Shown: piece by piece, positions 18,685-27,543 of the stretch | Position numbering within the stretch: position 1 is the first letter of the stretch | Layout of the letters: the number at the start of each line of letters is the position of its first letter | Origin: an uncultured bacterium | GTDB lineage: Bacteria > Cyanobacteriota > Vampirovibrionia > Obscuribacterales > Obscuribacteraceae | Direction of reading: 5' to 3' | DNA length: 64,000 bases | Assembly (NCBI GenBank): GCA_903835185.1 | Contig: CAILLX010000133.1 | Location: forward strand, 6,174-70,173 | Program-made: the position numbers and the translations under genes | Notes under the pieces: model-generated | Told to the model about the DNA's origin: nothing | Database searches by the model: none | What the model saw: the letters and a program-made list of their open reading frames with translations, nothing else

Positions 18685-21426
18685 ATGGCCGATATTATCC
18701 ACGAGCGAAGCAAAGCAGCAGAGAGCTCTATTCTTGCTGACTTTGCTCGCTCTATTGCTTATTCCGCAGTAGTTCAGCCTCTAAATGGAGTAGTGCAACT
18801 GGGTGCCAAACTGTGCGGCAAAGACGTTGAGCAGTGGAGTTGCTTGCGTCCTGAGAATCCCGATAGCTGGGCGGCCAAAGTTGGCGGTGCTATCGGTATG
18901 GCTGTCGATTTCTGGGCAATTAACAAACTGACAGGCGGAGAGGCAGCACTGTCACAGATGCCTTCCCTGACCAAGTCTGTTAGTCGAGCGGCAACTGTTG
19001 GAGCTCTTTATGACGGACTTGCCGTGCCGATAGCCGATCCTCATGGCAGTTTGGCATCATTTGCCGCGCAAAGAGGGCAGAACGCCATCGTTGGCGGCCT
19101 TACATTTGCCTCTCTTGATGGAACATCTCGACTGCTGCCAGCGCTGCCTGGATTGAACAAGCTGGCTCGGAACAATACAATCTTTACACGCGGTCTATTC
19201 GGAGCATTATCTGGATTGCCGGCTGGCATTGTCAATGCTGAGACTCATTCGCTAGTTTTCCAACATCAGTTCACAACTAATGTTGGCAGTTCTATCAGGG
19301 ACTTCTCAGTTATAGGTGGTGTGCTTGGAGTGTTGCCCCACACCGAGCGGCCAGATGCCAAAGAGTCAAGGCGCGCACAAGAGAGCAATGCTGTCCAACA
19401 TGAGGAAACACCTACTGCAAAGCAAGCAACTGCCTCAGAGGCGACTCTGGGACCAGAACATGTTTCCTGGACTAAAAATCCGCAGGTGATTGCACGCCTG
19501 TTGCAAGCAGGCGATGCAAAGACTGCCGCCCAGCTGGCTTCACTTGTGTCTTCCCGCCCTGACTGGCAGCCGACTATCGAGCAAGAGGTTATACGCGGTG
19601 CCGCTCCGCAACTGCTCCGCAGCTGGGACAGATTGAAGGCGCTTACTGGGCTCGCAAAGCACATTCAGCTAGACTCACCGCTCATGCAGAAGATTTTTGA
19701 CAGCGAAGCAACTGATAGATTCGCTATGCAGAAGATGGCTGCATTCATAAACGCGGATCCGGCAACCAGACTACCTCTTTTAGAACGTGAGGCAGCAAAA
19801 GGGAAAAGAGAGCTTCTCGGGGCAGATCGTCTCTCCGGTCTAGCCAAACTGGAGGAGTACTTCCAATCAGACAACAAGACATTGAAGCACATTCTGCAAA
19901 TGGAGAAAGCCGATGGTTTGGACCTAAAGCAACTGGCAGAATTCATAGACCTGGATCCCAAAAATTTCGCACCTTTTATAGCAGGGCGCATTCAGGCAGG
20001 AGAAACGGACAGCGAGCTGGGTGAATACGTTGCTTATTCTCATCCGTTCGGAAGCCTGGCTCAAGCTTTTTATGACGACATACCAGCCCTCTTGCGCATT
20101 AGACAACTAAAGAAGGAACTTGACCTTGAACACCTGATGAAGTTTGTTGATATCGACACGAGTCAAGGACAAGGCATGGCATCCACGTGGGTAACAGCCG
20201 AAGGTCGTCGCAGTCTGGTTTCCCGAGAGCTACGCCGCGGAGCCACTGCAGATCAGCTCAATTCGTATTACCGCATGCGCGGGCTCGAGCAACTCGAACG
20301 TGAATTTCCACCAGGCTCTGATATGCACAATCGGCTACTAAGAATGGAAGCGCGTGACGGTTTGAGTCTCTGGAACCTCGGCAAGTATGTCGGCGATTGG
20401 ACAGAAGCACGCGCTACCGCTGTGAAGCAAGAAATAGAGAACGGCGCTCCAGTCAAGCAGATCGAGGACCAGGTTAAACTTGCCGCTTTCCCCACAGATG
20501 TCGCTGTGAAGCTGTCCAAACAGGCAGGTCGAGGCACAGTACAAACCGATGAACTTGTCAGTGCTTTGCTGGACTTACAGACTGGACCTTACATGCAACA
20601 ACTTGTACGAGTGCATGTGGAAAAAGGTAATGTTCTGACCACAAAGGATTTAGAGCGCTTCGGCAACGAGGCACGACTACTCTTTGAGTCCAAGGCACCA
20701 CTGGCTACGAATGTCGAGAGCTGGACACCGCAAAGCCGTCTGCGTTTGCCAACCGAGACAGACCGCACTGTCGCTCATATGGCTTCTAGCGTGAGGCAAG
20801 CTGCCCAGGGCATAATGGACAGCCTGCCGCCCAATAAAAGCATGGTACTACTCGGGCGTGATATGGGTCCTCTGCTGGCCATATTGAGAGCTTCCGGGCG
20901 TGACGTGCGCTATTTCCTCTGGAGCCGCTCTCAGAATGGGGATGCAAGCACAGCTGCCCAATGGCAGAAAGAAGTGCCACCGCAGGCAGTGGTAATCGAT
21001 GCCGGCTTATCCGGAAGTATTTTTGACAATATCCGCAAAACGGACGCTAACATTGAGCCATATCTCATGCAAAGCGCAGGACGCTATCCTCAATTCCCAG
21101 TCAATATGGACGTAGCCGCAAATGATGTCGAGCTCTTTCCGAAATTAACAGGACGTAGCTTGGGCTTCAAACCGGACGGCACTGCCATTGCACCAGATAC
21201 AAGCTTGGATGCTCAGGATTTTCACGACGCCAATCATAGACAGGAAGCCGTGCAATACAATTCCCAGCTCTTGCGAGATCTCGGACTGTCTGATTGGTGG
21301 GTATGGCGGTATCAGACCTTTACCGGCATAGCCCCATCCGAGCGCATTGGCATTACAGACGGACAGAAGCTGGCTCAAGAATATTCCAGAATTAAAGATC
21401 TGCGCAATAGCTCGCAAGCGCACTAG
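18685..21426 (+). CDS. large orphan protein (913 aa from ATG 18685) with a Gly-rich hydrophobic N-terminal region and about four internal ~70-aa repeats
   Basis: Long uninterrupted ORF. Repeated block: MQKIFDSEATDRFAMQKMAAFINAD / LKHILQMEKADGLDLKQLAEFIDLD / LLRIRQLKKELDLEHLMKFVDID / NRLLRMEARDGLSLWNLGKYVGDW. No P-loop or other catalytic motif recognised. Confidence 0.6.
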   Translation: MADIIHERSKAAESSILADFARSIAYSAVVQPLNGVVQLGAKLCGKDVEQWSCLRPENPDSWAAKVGGAIGMAVDFWAINKLTGGEAALSQMPSLTKSVSRAATVGALYDGLAVPIADPHGSLASFAAQRGQNAIVGGLTFASLDGTSRLLPALPGLNKLARNNTIFTRGLFGALSGLPAGIVNAETHSLVFQHQFTTNVGSSIRDFSVIGGVLGVLPHTERPDAKESRRAQESNAVQHEETPTAKQATASEATLGPEHVSWTKNPQVIARLLQAGDAKTAAQLASLVSSRPDWQPTIEQEVIRGAAPQLLRSWDRLKALTGLAKHIQLDSPLMQKIFDSEATDRFAMQKMAAFINADPATRLPLLEREAAKGKRELLGADRLSGLAKLEEYFQSDNKTLKHILQMEKADGLDLKQLAEFIDLDPKNFAPFIAGRIQAGETDSELGEYVAYSHPFGSLAQAFYDDIPALLRIRQLKKELDLEHLMKFVDIDTSQGQGMASTWVTAEGRRSLVSRELRRGATADQLNSYYRMRGLEQLEREFPPGSDMHNRLLRMEARDGLSLWNLGKYVGDWTEARATAVKQEIENGAPVKQIEDQVKLAAFPTDVAVKLSKQAGRGTVQTDELVSALLDLQTGPYMQQLVRVHVEKGNVLTTKDLERFGNEARLLFESKAPLATNVESWTPQSRLRLPTETDRTVAHMASSVRQAAQGIMDSLPPNKSMVLLGRDMGPLLAILRASGRDVRYFLWSRSQNGDASTAAQWQKEVPPQAVVIDAGLSGSIFDNIRKTDANIEPYLMQSAGRYPQFPVNMDVAANDVELFPKLTGRSLGFKPDGTAIAPDTSLDAQDFHDANHRQEAVQYNSQLLRDLGLSDWWVWRYQTFTGIAPSERIGITDGQKLAQEYSRIKDLRNSSQAH

Positions 21427-21710
21427 TTAAGTCGGTAGGCACAATCAACCGGGAGCGTAAACAGCTAGCTCCTGTCCTCAAGCTAGCACCAGAAGGAAAA
21501 AGTTCTCAAAAGCCAGCCAGGTACGAGACCCAGCTAATTTCCCCAAAGCTATATGCATGTTTTGCACGCGTCGTCGCCATCCCTCATCCTTTCATCACAC
21601 CTTAATAGCTCTGCCACTTTGATTTGTTTACGGTCTGCGCCAGGCGCCCAGAACTGCCTGTACATGCTACGATATTTATGTTACTACAAATTGCAAGCAG
21701 GCAACTACTA

Positions 21711-22316
21711 ATGGCGTTGGAAGACAAGCAAAAGACAACAAATATCAGCCTTCGCATCCCAGAGGAGTACAGAAAGCGCTTGCAGCTGCAAGCCGACAAG
21801 AAAAGTATAAGCTTCAACGCACATCTTCTGCGCATTCTGGAAATACATCTGATGAGCTCCGGCTTCGGTCCAACTTCACTCACTTCAGCCAGCGGAAGAC
21901 TGTTTCAGATCAGATGTGAGCCATATCTGGATAATGTAGATGAAACTACCTGGGCTTTCTTTGTCGACGAGCCTAAATTTGAGAAAGAGCGTGCCTATTA
22001 TCTGATCGGTATAGGACGAACAGTTTTGCGAGACTGGCAGGTAAAAGATAAAGTGACAGTATCCAAAGAAGTGGGACTGGCACTTCTTAACTTTTATAAC
22101 CGCCAGGGTATGGAAATAGATAAACTGAGCTGGAATCAATATACAGGACCGGAGGCTGATGGGCGCCGCATCTTGCAAGTAGCAGAGTTACCAGAGACAC
22201 TGGAGCAGTTTTTAGATCTCCTGATAGCGGGCAGCTGGACAGACAGGTTTGTCCAGCAATTGGACCAAAGTCAGGATCTTCGCCGCGGTCGGCCAGAGTC
22301 GGCTTTGTACCGCTAA
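21711..22316 (+). CDS. Arc/MetJ-type ribbon-helix-helix domain fused to an unknown ~150-aa C-terminal domain
   Basis: N-terminus TNISLRIPEEYRKRLQLQADKKSISFNAHLLRILEIHL has the beta-strand/helix/helix pattern of Arc-like RHH repressors. The remainder has no recognisable motif. Start chosen at ATG 21711. Confidence 0.55.
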   Translation: MALEDKQKTTNISLRIPEEYRKRLQLQADKKSISFNAHLLRILEIHLMSSGFGPTSLTSASGRLFQIRCEPYLDNVDETTWAFFVDEPKFEKERAYYLIGIGRTVLRDWQVKDKVTVSKEVGLALLNFYNRQGMEIDKLSWNQYTGPEADGRRILQVAELPETLEQFLDLLIAGSWTDRFVQQLDQSQDLRRGRPESALYR

Positions 22317-22407
22317 ATCGACAGTGGCAGTTGCTTGAGAAGCAATCTGCAAAGACAACAAGAAAGTGATCGAATGTTTCAATGCTCACATACACAGGTG
22401 CTAGCCT

Positions 22408-22500
22408 AAATACCGTTCACTTAAGCCGCTGGAACAACTGCAGGGGCGGCTCGCGAGCCGCCCAGAGGGCGCGTCCCGACGCGCCACTACGCCCGTTGGT
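22408..22500 (+). repeat. REP/REPIN-like palindromic element, copy 2, about 100 bp upstream of the patatin-TIR gene
   Basis: AAATACCGTTCACTTAAGCCGC...GCAG+GGGCGGCTCGCGAGCCGCCC...GGGCGCGTCCCGACGCGCC+ACTAC. It shares both hairpins and the left arm with the other copies. Confidence 0.75.
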
Positions 22501-22604
22501 GCGAGCCTGGTTACTACAGGAGTATTATATGAATAGTAGTGGAACAACACTGGTCAGGAAATGCCAGTCACGGTGCTGCTGCACGACAAGCATCCGGTGA
22601 GCGT

Positions 22605-24458
22605 ATGTCGAAGCTATGGCGCATCTTATCTATAGACGGTGGCGGGATCAGAGGATTGATACCGGCCACAATTCTTTCTGTCATTGAAGAACGCACAGGC
22701 AAACCGATTGCTCAGCTTTTCGACATAATTGCCGGCACATCGACCGGAGGTATTCTGGCGCTGGGACTGACCAAACCGGACCAGTGCGGTCACCCTGAAT
22801 TTGCTGCCCGTGCTCTAAGAGACGCTTATGAGAAGGCAGCCCCCCACATCTTTCACAACCCAGCGTCCTGGTGGGAAAACCTGTTGCGTCCAAAGTATGT
22901 CTCATCATCTGGTATTAACCAGGTCATGCAGCGCTACTTTGGTGATGCCAGATTGAAAGACGCGTTGACAGACATTCTCATCCCCTGCTACGACATAGAG
23001 CACCGCTCGCCACACATATTTAAGAGTCACTGGGCAAGACGACAGCAGCAGTATGATTTCCCTATGAGCGACGTGGCGTGCGCTGCTGCCGCCACACCAA
23101 CTATGTTCGAGCCTGTGCGCTTGGCCAGACCTGGTGCTGGCGGGCATATGTCACTGGTAGACGGCGGAGTCTTTGCCAACAATCCGTCACTGCTTGCCCT
23201 GGCTGAATTAAACAGAATGTTCGCAGCCAAAGATGACGATTTCCTCGTCGTCTCCCTGGGAACTGGCGAATCGATGGAGATGATGACACGGAAGTATTTC
23301 AGCGATTGGGGTTATGTTCGCTGGTCAATCCCGATGATTGAGCTCGTCTCTGAAAGTGGCAGCGAATCTGTGCATGAACAGATGCGTTATCTGCTGCCGG
23401 CAACCGAATATCAACGATACTACCGCTTCCAGGTCGACCTGCCAGACAACGTGTATTACCCGCTGGACAATCCGTCCAAGAGAAACATGAGCGGACTGGT
23501 TAACGCAGCCGAAGAGCTGCTTGCTGACAGGCAGACTGAAAAGGAGATTAATACGCTCTGCAAACTGTTGTCTTCGAGCCAGCAACAGCAACAGTATGTT
23601 GAACTGCTCGAGCGGATTAATCAACAGTCCCGCGCAACAATACCTGTCGAAAATAATCTAGCACTAGATATGCAAGCCTGCTTTCAAGACGATGGACTGG
23701 GAAGGGAACCGGCTTATAAAACAAATTCATCTCGTCCTGGAAAGTTAAACTCCTGCGGTGAGAGTAAATACAAGCTGGTCAAAGGAACCTGTCAGCCGGC
23801 AACAGCGGAGAGCCTCAGTGTGTATGAATCTGCCTGTCTCTCACGGATTAAAGATTGCAAGGTGGTGCTTTGCTACGCTGAAGAAGATCTTGACGTAGCT
23901 CGCCCACTTGCTGATGCTCTGGCAACAAGGGGAATTAAGACAGTATTTGAGAAGTTCGGCACACAACCAAAGGAGAGCATTCGCCGCCTTGTATCACACG
24001 CAGCAGAGAGATCTCTTATCAGCATTGTCGTTCTCAGTCCGGCATTGTTGAAAAACACCTGGGCATCAAAGCCGCTTGAATGGCTCTACTCCAGAACACT
24101 TGGTGGGAAAAACGTGATCCTGCCGGTGATGCACAAGTTCGGGCAGAAGGATGTGGCATCTCTAGCACGCCATCTCCGCTGGCACAAAATGGCGTTAAAG
24201 TACTGGGAGTATCTGCTGGATCCTGCAGAAGGCACTACAGCGGCCGGAATTGCACCATTGGCTAACCATCTGGCTGAGGAGATAAAGCTCTGGCTGGCAG
24301 CAGGGAACCAGAACACCAGCAACTGTGATCTGCAAAGCGAGGACATCGTAACAGCTAGCAGTGCCACTAATGGAGAGCCAGCACACAACCCAAACAATGT
24401 CACTCTCAAGGAATCTCAAGCTCCACCTGTCCAGTGCGCCATGACAGACGAGTTCTAA
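22605..24458 (+). CDS. patatin-like phospholipase fused to a C-terminal TIR domain
   Basis: Patatin motifs: oxyanion DGGGIRG, nucleophile GTSTGG, catalytic Asp VDGGVFANNP. A poly-Gln linker (SSSQQQQQY) follows. TIR-like C-terminus VVLCYAEEDLDVARPLADALATRGIKTVFEKF...SLISIVVLSPALLKNTWASKPLEW...ILPVMHK. ATG 22605 is preceded by GGTGAG. Confidence 0.85.
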   Translation: MSKLWRILSIDGGGIRGLIPATILSVIEERTGKPIAQLFDIIAGTSTGGILALGLTKPDQCGHPEFAARALRDAYEKAAPHIFHNPASWWENLLRPKYVSSSGINQVMQRYFGDARLKDALTDILIPCYDIEHRSPHIFKSHWARRQQQYDFPMSDVACAAAATPTMFEPVRLARPGAGGHMSLVDGGVFANNPSLLALAELNRMFAAKDDDFLVVSLGTGESMEMMTRKYFSDWGYVRWSIPMIELVSESGSESVHEQMRYLLPATEYQRYYRFQVDLPDNVYYPLDNPSKRNMSGLVNAAEELLADRQTEKEINTLCKLLSSSQQQQQYVELLERINQQSRATIPVENNLALDMQACFQDDGLGREPAYKTNSSRPGKLNSCGESKYKLVKGTCQPATAESLSVYESACLSRIKDCKVVLCYAEEDLDVARPLADALATRGIKTVFEKFGTQPKESIRRLVSHAAERSLISIVVLSPALLKNTWASKPLEWLYSRTLGGKNVILPVMHKFGQKDVASLARHLRWHKMALKYWEYLLDPAEGTTAAGIAPLANHLAEEIKLWLAAGNQNTSNCDLQSEDIVTASSATNGEPAHNPNNVTLKESQAPPVQCAMTDEF

Positions 24459-24469
24459 AAATTTTGTCT

Positions 24470-25285
24470 TTAGCGATCTGGCGTTAACGCAGTTGCATCG
24501 CTTATCCTGACAGGTGGGTGATTATCTGTTTGAACGATAGCATCATGAAGTTTAAAGCGAGAGATGAGCCATGGAGTATAGGTGCCACGACGCTCCATCA
24601 TCAGCTGCAAGACAACAGAATTAAGACGCGGCAGAAGGCTTGCCACCTGCTGGCGAGCCATTTTATTACCGGAAGAAGTGACAACCTCACCTGCATCACG
24701 CGGGAAGAGGCAACGAATAGTCTTAGCTATCTCAGCATCCTCCGGCTTAAGCAGCTGCGGCTTTACCAGTCCAGGCTCCAGAGATTGTCTTAAGCGCCAG
24801 GAGAAAGCTTTATTCTTGTCTATGTCAGGATGGCTGACAAACTTCTGCAATGACATCTCATCCATTCGCTCGCCAAAAGCCATTGGTACAGGCAGAAGCA
24901 AAGGACTGTATACACTCGACTCAAAAGTGAGCGGCAGATCAACAGCAAAACAGACCGGCTTCTCCCAGGGCAACAGATAAGGAAACTGCTTTGGCACTTT
25001 GCTGGCTGTCACCCGGCCTACTTGACAGCGGCACCCGAGCATGAATGTCAGATTGGGATCCAGCCCTGAACCCAAGTTGAGATAACCACCATAACCACCT
25101 TTGGGCGGGCAGGAACATGTCACATCACCAAAGAAAGGGATGATTGCAGTTGTGTTACCTGCTTGAACTGCTTTTACAAACGCCAGCCCTGTCTGCTCAG
25201 GAGCAACGCCCAGCCTGTCAGAGTAGAGAACAAAAAGTACGACAGCGCCACAAAAAGCAAAAAGAAGAAGATAAAGCACTTTCAT
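24470..25285 (-). CDS. hypothetical membrane-anchored protein
   Basis: ATG 25285 is preceded by AAGGGTGGG. N-terminal TM helix MKVLYLLLFAFCGAVVLFVLY, and no recognisable domain. Convergent with the patatin-TIR gene, with an 11-nt gap. Confidence 0.45.
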   Translation of the reverse strand: MKVLYLLLFAFCGAVVLFVLYSDRLGVAPEQTGLAFVKAVQAGNTTAIIPFFGDVTCSCPPKGGYGGYLNLGSGLDPNLTFMLGCRCQVGRVTASKVPKQFPYLLPWEKPVCFAVDLPLTFESSVYSPLLLPVPMAFGERMDEMSLQKFVSHPDIDKNKAFSWRLRQSLEPGLVKPQLLKPEDAEIAKTIRCLFPRDAGEVVTSSGNKMARQQVASLLPRLNSVVLQLMMERRGTYTPWLISRFKLHDAIVQTDNHPPVRISDATALTPDR

Positions 25286-25359
25286 CAACAACCCACCCTT
25301 TGGCGGCAAACACTAAGTTATACTACTGCTGACTTCTACTTTTGAGGAGCTTCTCAGTA

Positions 25360-26808
25360 ATGTCAACGCTGTCAACAGGGACTCTGGTGCTGTTTGCACT
25401 CGCTGCGCTTATAGCGTTTCTTGTACCTTTTATCCGGGAGGCTGCCTACAAGCAGCTGACCTGGTTGCCGGAATGGCAGGCTGTAAAGCGATTTGCTGCA
25501 GTCCTTTTACCGTTCTTGCTATTAGCTTTATTGGCGCAGTATTTTAAGATTGCTGCCGGTGATGCTCTTCGTTATTTAGCAGCCGGGGCACTTGTGCCAT
25601 TTTTCTTAGCCCGCTTAAGCCTGCCAGCACGCCTCAATGGAATCATCCTCCTTGCTATGACTGTGGCACTTACTTGTCTTGTCAAAGATGCAACCGCTGT
25701 CCCTGCCTGCTTTGCTCTTATCTGCGGGGCAGCTGTATGGAAAGTAAGCGAGAACCTGCTCATAGGAGCAGTCTCTTCAGTAGAAGATATTCTGCCAGCG
25801 CTTATCTGGCTGGTAGGAGTCAATTGGGTAAGGACAGCCTTGCCAGAAGCTCAATGGTTGTCGCATGACGGAATCCTGCTAGCAACTCTGTCTGTAGTGC
25901 TCATAATAAGGACAGTGCAAAACAGGTTTGTCTGCTTAGACAAGCTGTTTGTCAAGCGGATCCTTTTAGCAGTAGCAGGAGGAGCAGGAGTTCTTCTTGT
26001 CATGAACAAGCTGCTGCTCTTGCCGCTACAAAACTCTCTTTGCCCGCTAGCTGCTCTAATTGGAGCCGGAATTCTAGTAAGCTATCTCTTGGAAGGTTTA
26101 AAGAGTACAGAGGCGCCAAGCGGACAATCACAGCTCACTTCCGCAGTAAGCATACTTGTTCTTGTAGGTATTTTGACTCTTGTATCAACACGCCTTTTTG
26201 GCAATTTCGGGCTGCTGGCAGTAGCTCCAACTATGCTTTTAGGTAGTGCCGAAAGCTTTGCTCACCCGGCAGCACTATTCCTGGTGGCACGCGGTTTGCT
26301 TCAGGGTTATACATTGACATATGTGCAAAATGTCACAGGAGTCAACCTGACTCACCCTTATACAACAGCAGCTCTTTTTGCCGGTTTTCTACTTTCCGGA
26401 CTGGCAGTCGCTACATTGCGCGATATAAGTCAGAGACGCTGGTGCGTGACAATCATACTGGCGGCAGGCGGCTTAACTCCTCTCTTGTCTAACTTCTTCC
26501 TGCACGAAGAGCCTACCGGCAGCCTCTTGATCTCAACCACAACAGCAGCAGTAATGCTGGCAGCGCTTGGACCGGCTCTCTGCCGCACCAATGTGTCACA
26601 GCAATCCAACCTCCTTTTGCTACCGCTGCTTATGACCGCTTTTGCTCTCTGGAGTCACGAATTAATTGAGCTGGGTAACGCCGGCACTGGCGTTGACAAG
26701 ATAGTAATTCTTCTCTATTGTGCCACTGCAGTAATAGTATTCTCCGGACTGCTTTACTGGTTGTTCTCCCGCTTAGCGAGGCAGCAGGTAGAGGTCGCGG
26801 GAGACTAG
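25360..26808 (+). CDS. polytopic integral membrane protein of unknown function (about 12 TM)
   Basis: GAGGAG RBS before ATG 25360. The sequence is almost entirely hydrophobic helices. Confidence 0.6.
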   Translation: MSTLSTGTLVLFALAALIAFLVPFIREAAYKQLTWLPEWQAVKRFAAVLLPFLLLALLAQYFKIAAGDALRYLAAGALVPFFLARLSLPARLNGIILLAMTVALTCLVKDATAVPACFALICGAAVWKVSENLLIGAVSSVEDILPALIWLVGVNWVRTALPEAQWLSHDGILLATLSVVLIIRTVQNRFVCLDKLFVKRILLAVAGGAGVLLVMNKLLLLPLQNSLCPLAALIGAGILVSYLLEGLKSTEAPSGQSQLTSAVSILVLVGILTLVSTRLFGNFGLLAVAPTMLLGSAESFAHPAALFLVARGLLQGYTLTYVQNVTGVNLTHPYTTAALFAGFLLSGLAVATLRDISQRRWCVTIILAAGGLTPLLSNFFLHEEPTGSLLISTTTAAVMLAALGPALCRTNVSQQSNLLLLPLLMTAFALWSHELIELGNAGTGVDKIVILLYCATAVIVFSGLLYWLFSRLARQQVEVAGD

Positions 26809-27543
26809 CTGCTGGATGTTACCATCTGTGCGAAACACATCCACAAGCAGCTTTTCATCTGTCCTGCAACGCACAAATGTGTGCACACTATCTGCTGCTG
26901 GCAGGCAAGCAAAACGACTGCTCAACAGCTGAATTGTAAGTGCACTGCGATCCACCCGACAAGCAATCATGACAGGATTGCCTGTACTGTTCAAAAAGCG
27001 TAGATCACAGCGCCCGTACCAGACAGTAGCATCTAACCCGGGCGGCACAGTATGCACAGGGCGTGTGTGAGCAGTTCGCTCTGCAATCACCAGTCCACCT
27101 GCTAACACAGTTTGATAAAGAGCAGATGAGAGGCAACAGATGCCCCCACCAACAGAATGAGTGGTCTGGGCGCCTATATAAGTGCCGGCTGAACAATAAC
27201 CACGTTCGACAGTGCGCGGACCGACTCTAGCGTTAAAAGAAAAGACCGCTCCGGGAGCCAGGACTGTCCCGTCTATAGCATGTGCTGCAAGGCAAATATT
27301 AGTCCTCTGAGCAGAACTGAGCTCATTTACAGAGACACTCTTTGAGACAAGAGGACGGGAAAACGGATCGAATAGCCACAGACTGAGCAGAAGCAACAGC
27401 GGCACAAGCCAGATAGAATGATCTGCCAGCGATACTGTCCTGCCACCGAGCCGGGCTGCCACATCACATATAAATGCATGCATTTTGCCTCTGGAGCCGT
27501 ACCTGTTGGTCTCTCCCGCTCCCACGTCACCTCCTGCCGTCAC
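26773..27543 (-). CDS. VanW-family protein
   Basis: N-terminal TM segment, then FSFNARVGPRT..RGY and VGGGICCLSSALYQTVLAGGL...ERTAHTRP, as in the VanW domain. The GTG start overlaps the A2M stop (GTGA). Confidence 0.75.
   Translation of the reverse strand: MTAGGDVGAGETNRYGSRGKMHAFICDVAARLGGRTVSLADHSIWLVPLLLLLSLWLFDPFSRPLVSKSVSVNELSSAQRTNICLAAHAIDGTVLAPGAVFSFNARVGPRTVERGYCSAGTYIGAQTTHSVGGGICCLSSALYQTVLAGGLVIAERTAHTRPVHTVPPGLDATVWYGRCDLRFLNSTGNPVMIACRVDRSALTIQLLSSRFACLPAADSVHTFVRCRTDEKLLVDVFRTDGNIQQLVSRDLYLLPR

Noticed and set aside
22382-22600. 72-aa ORF upstream of the patatin-TIR gene (…GGSRAAQRARPDAPLRP…)
   Set aside because: The reading frame is created by REP element copy 2, and the same peptide-like string appears wherever the repeat occurs.
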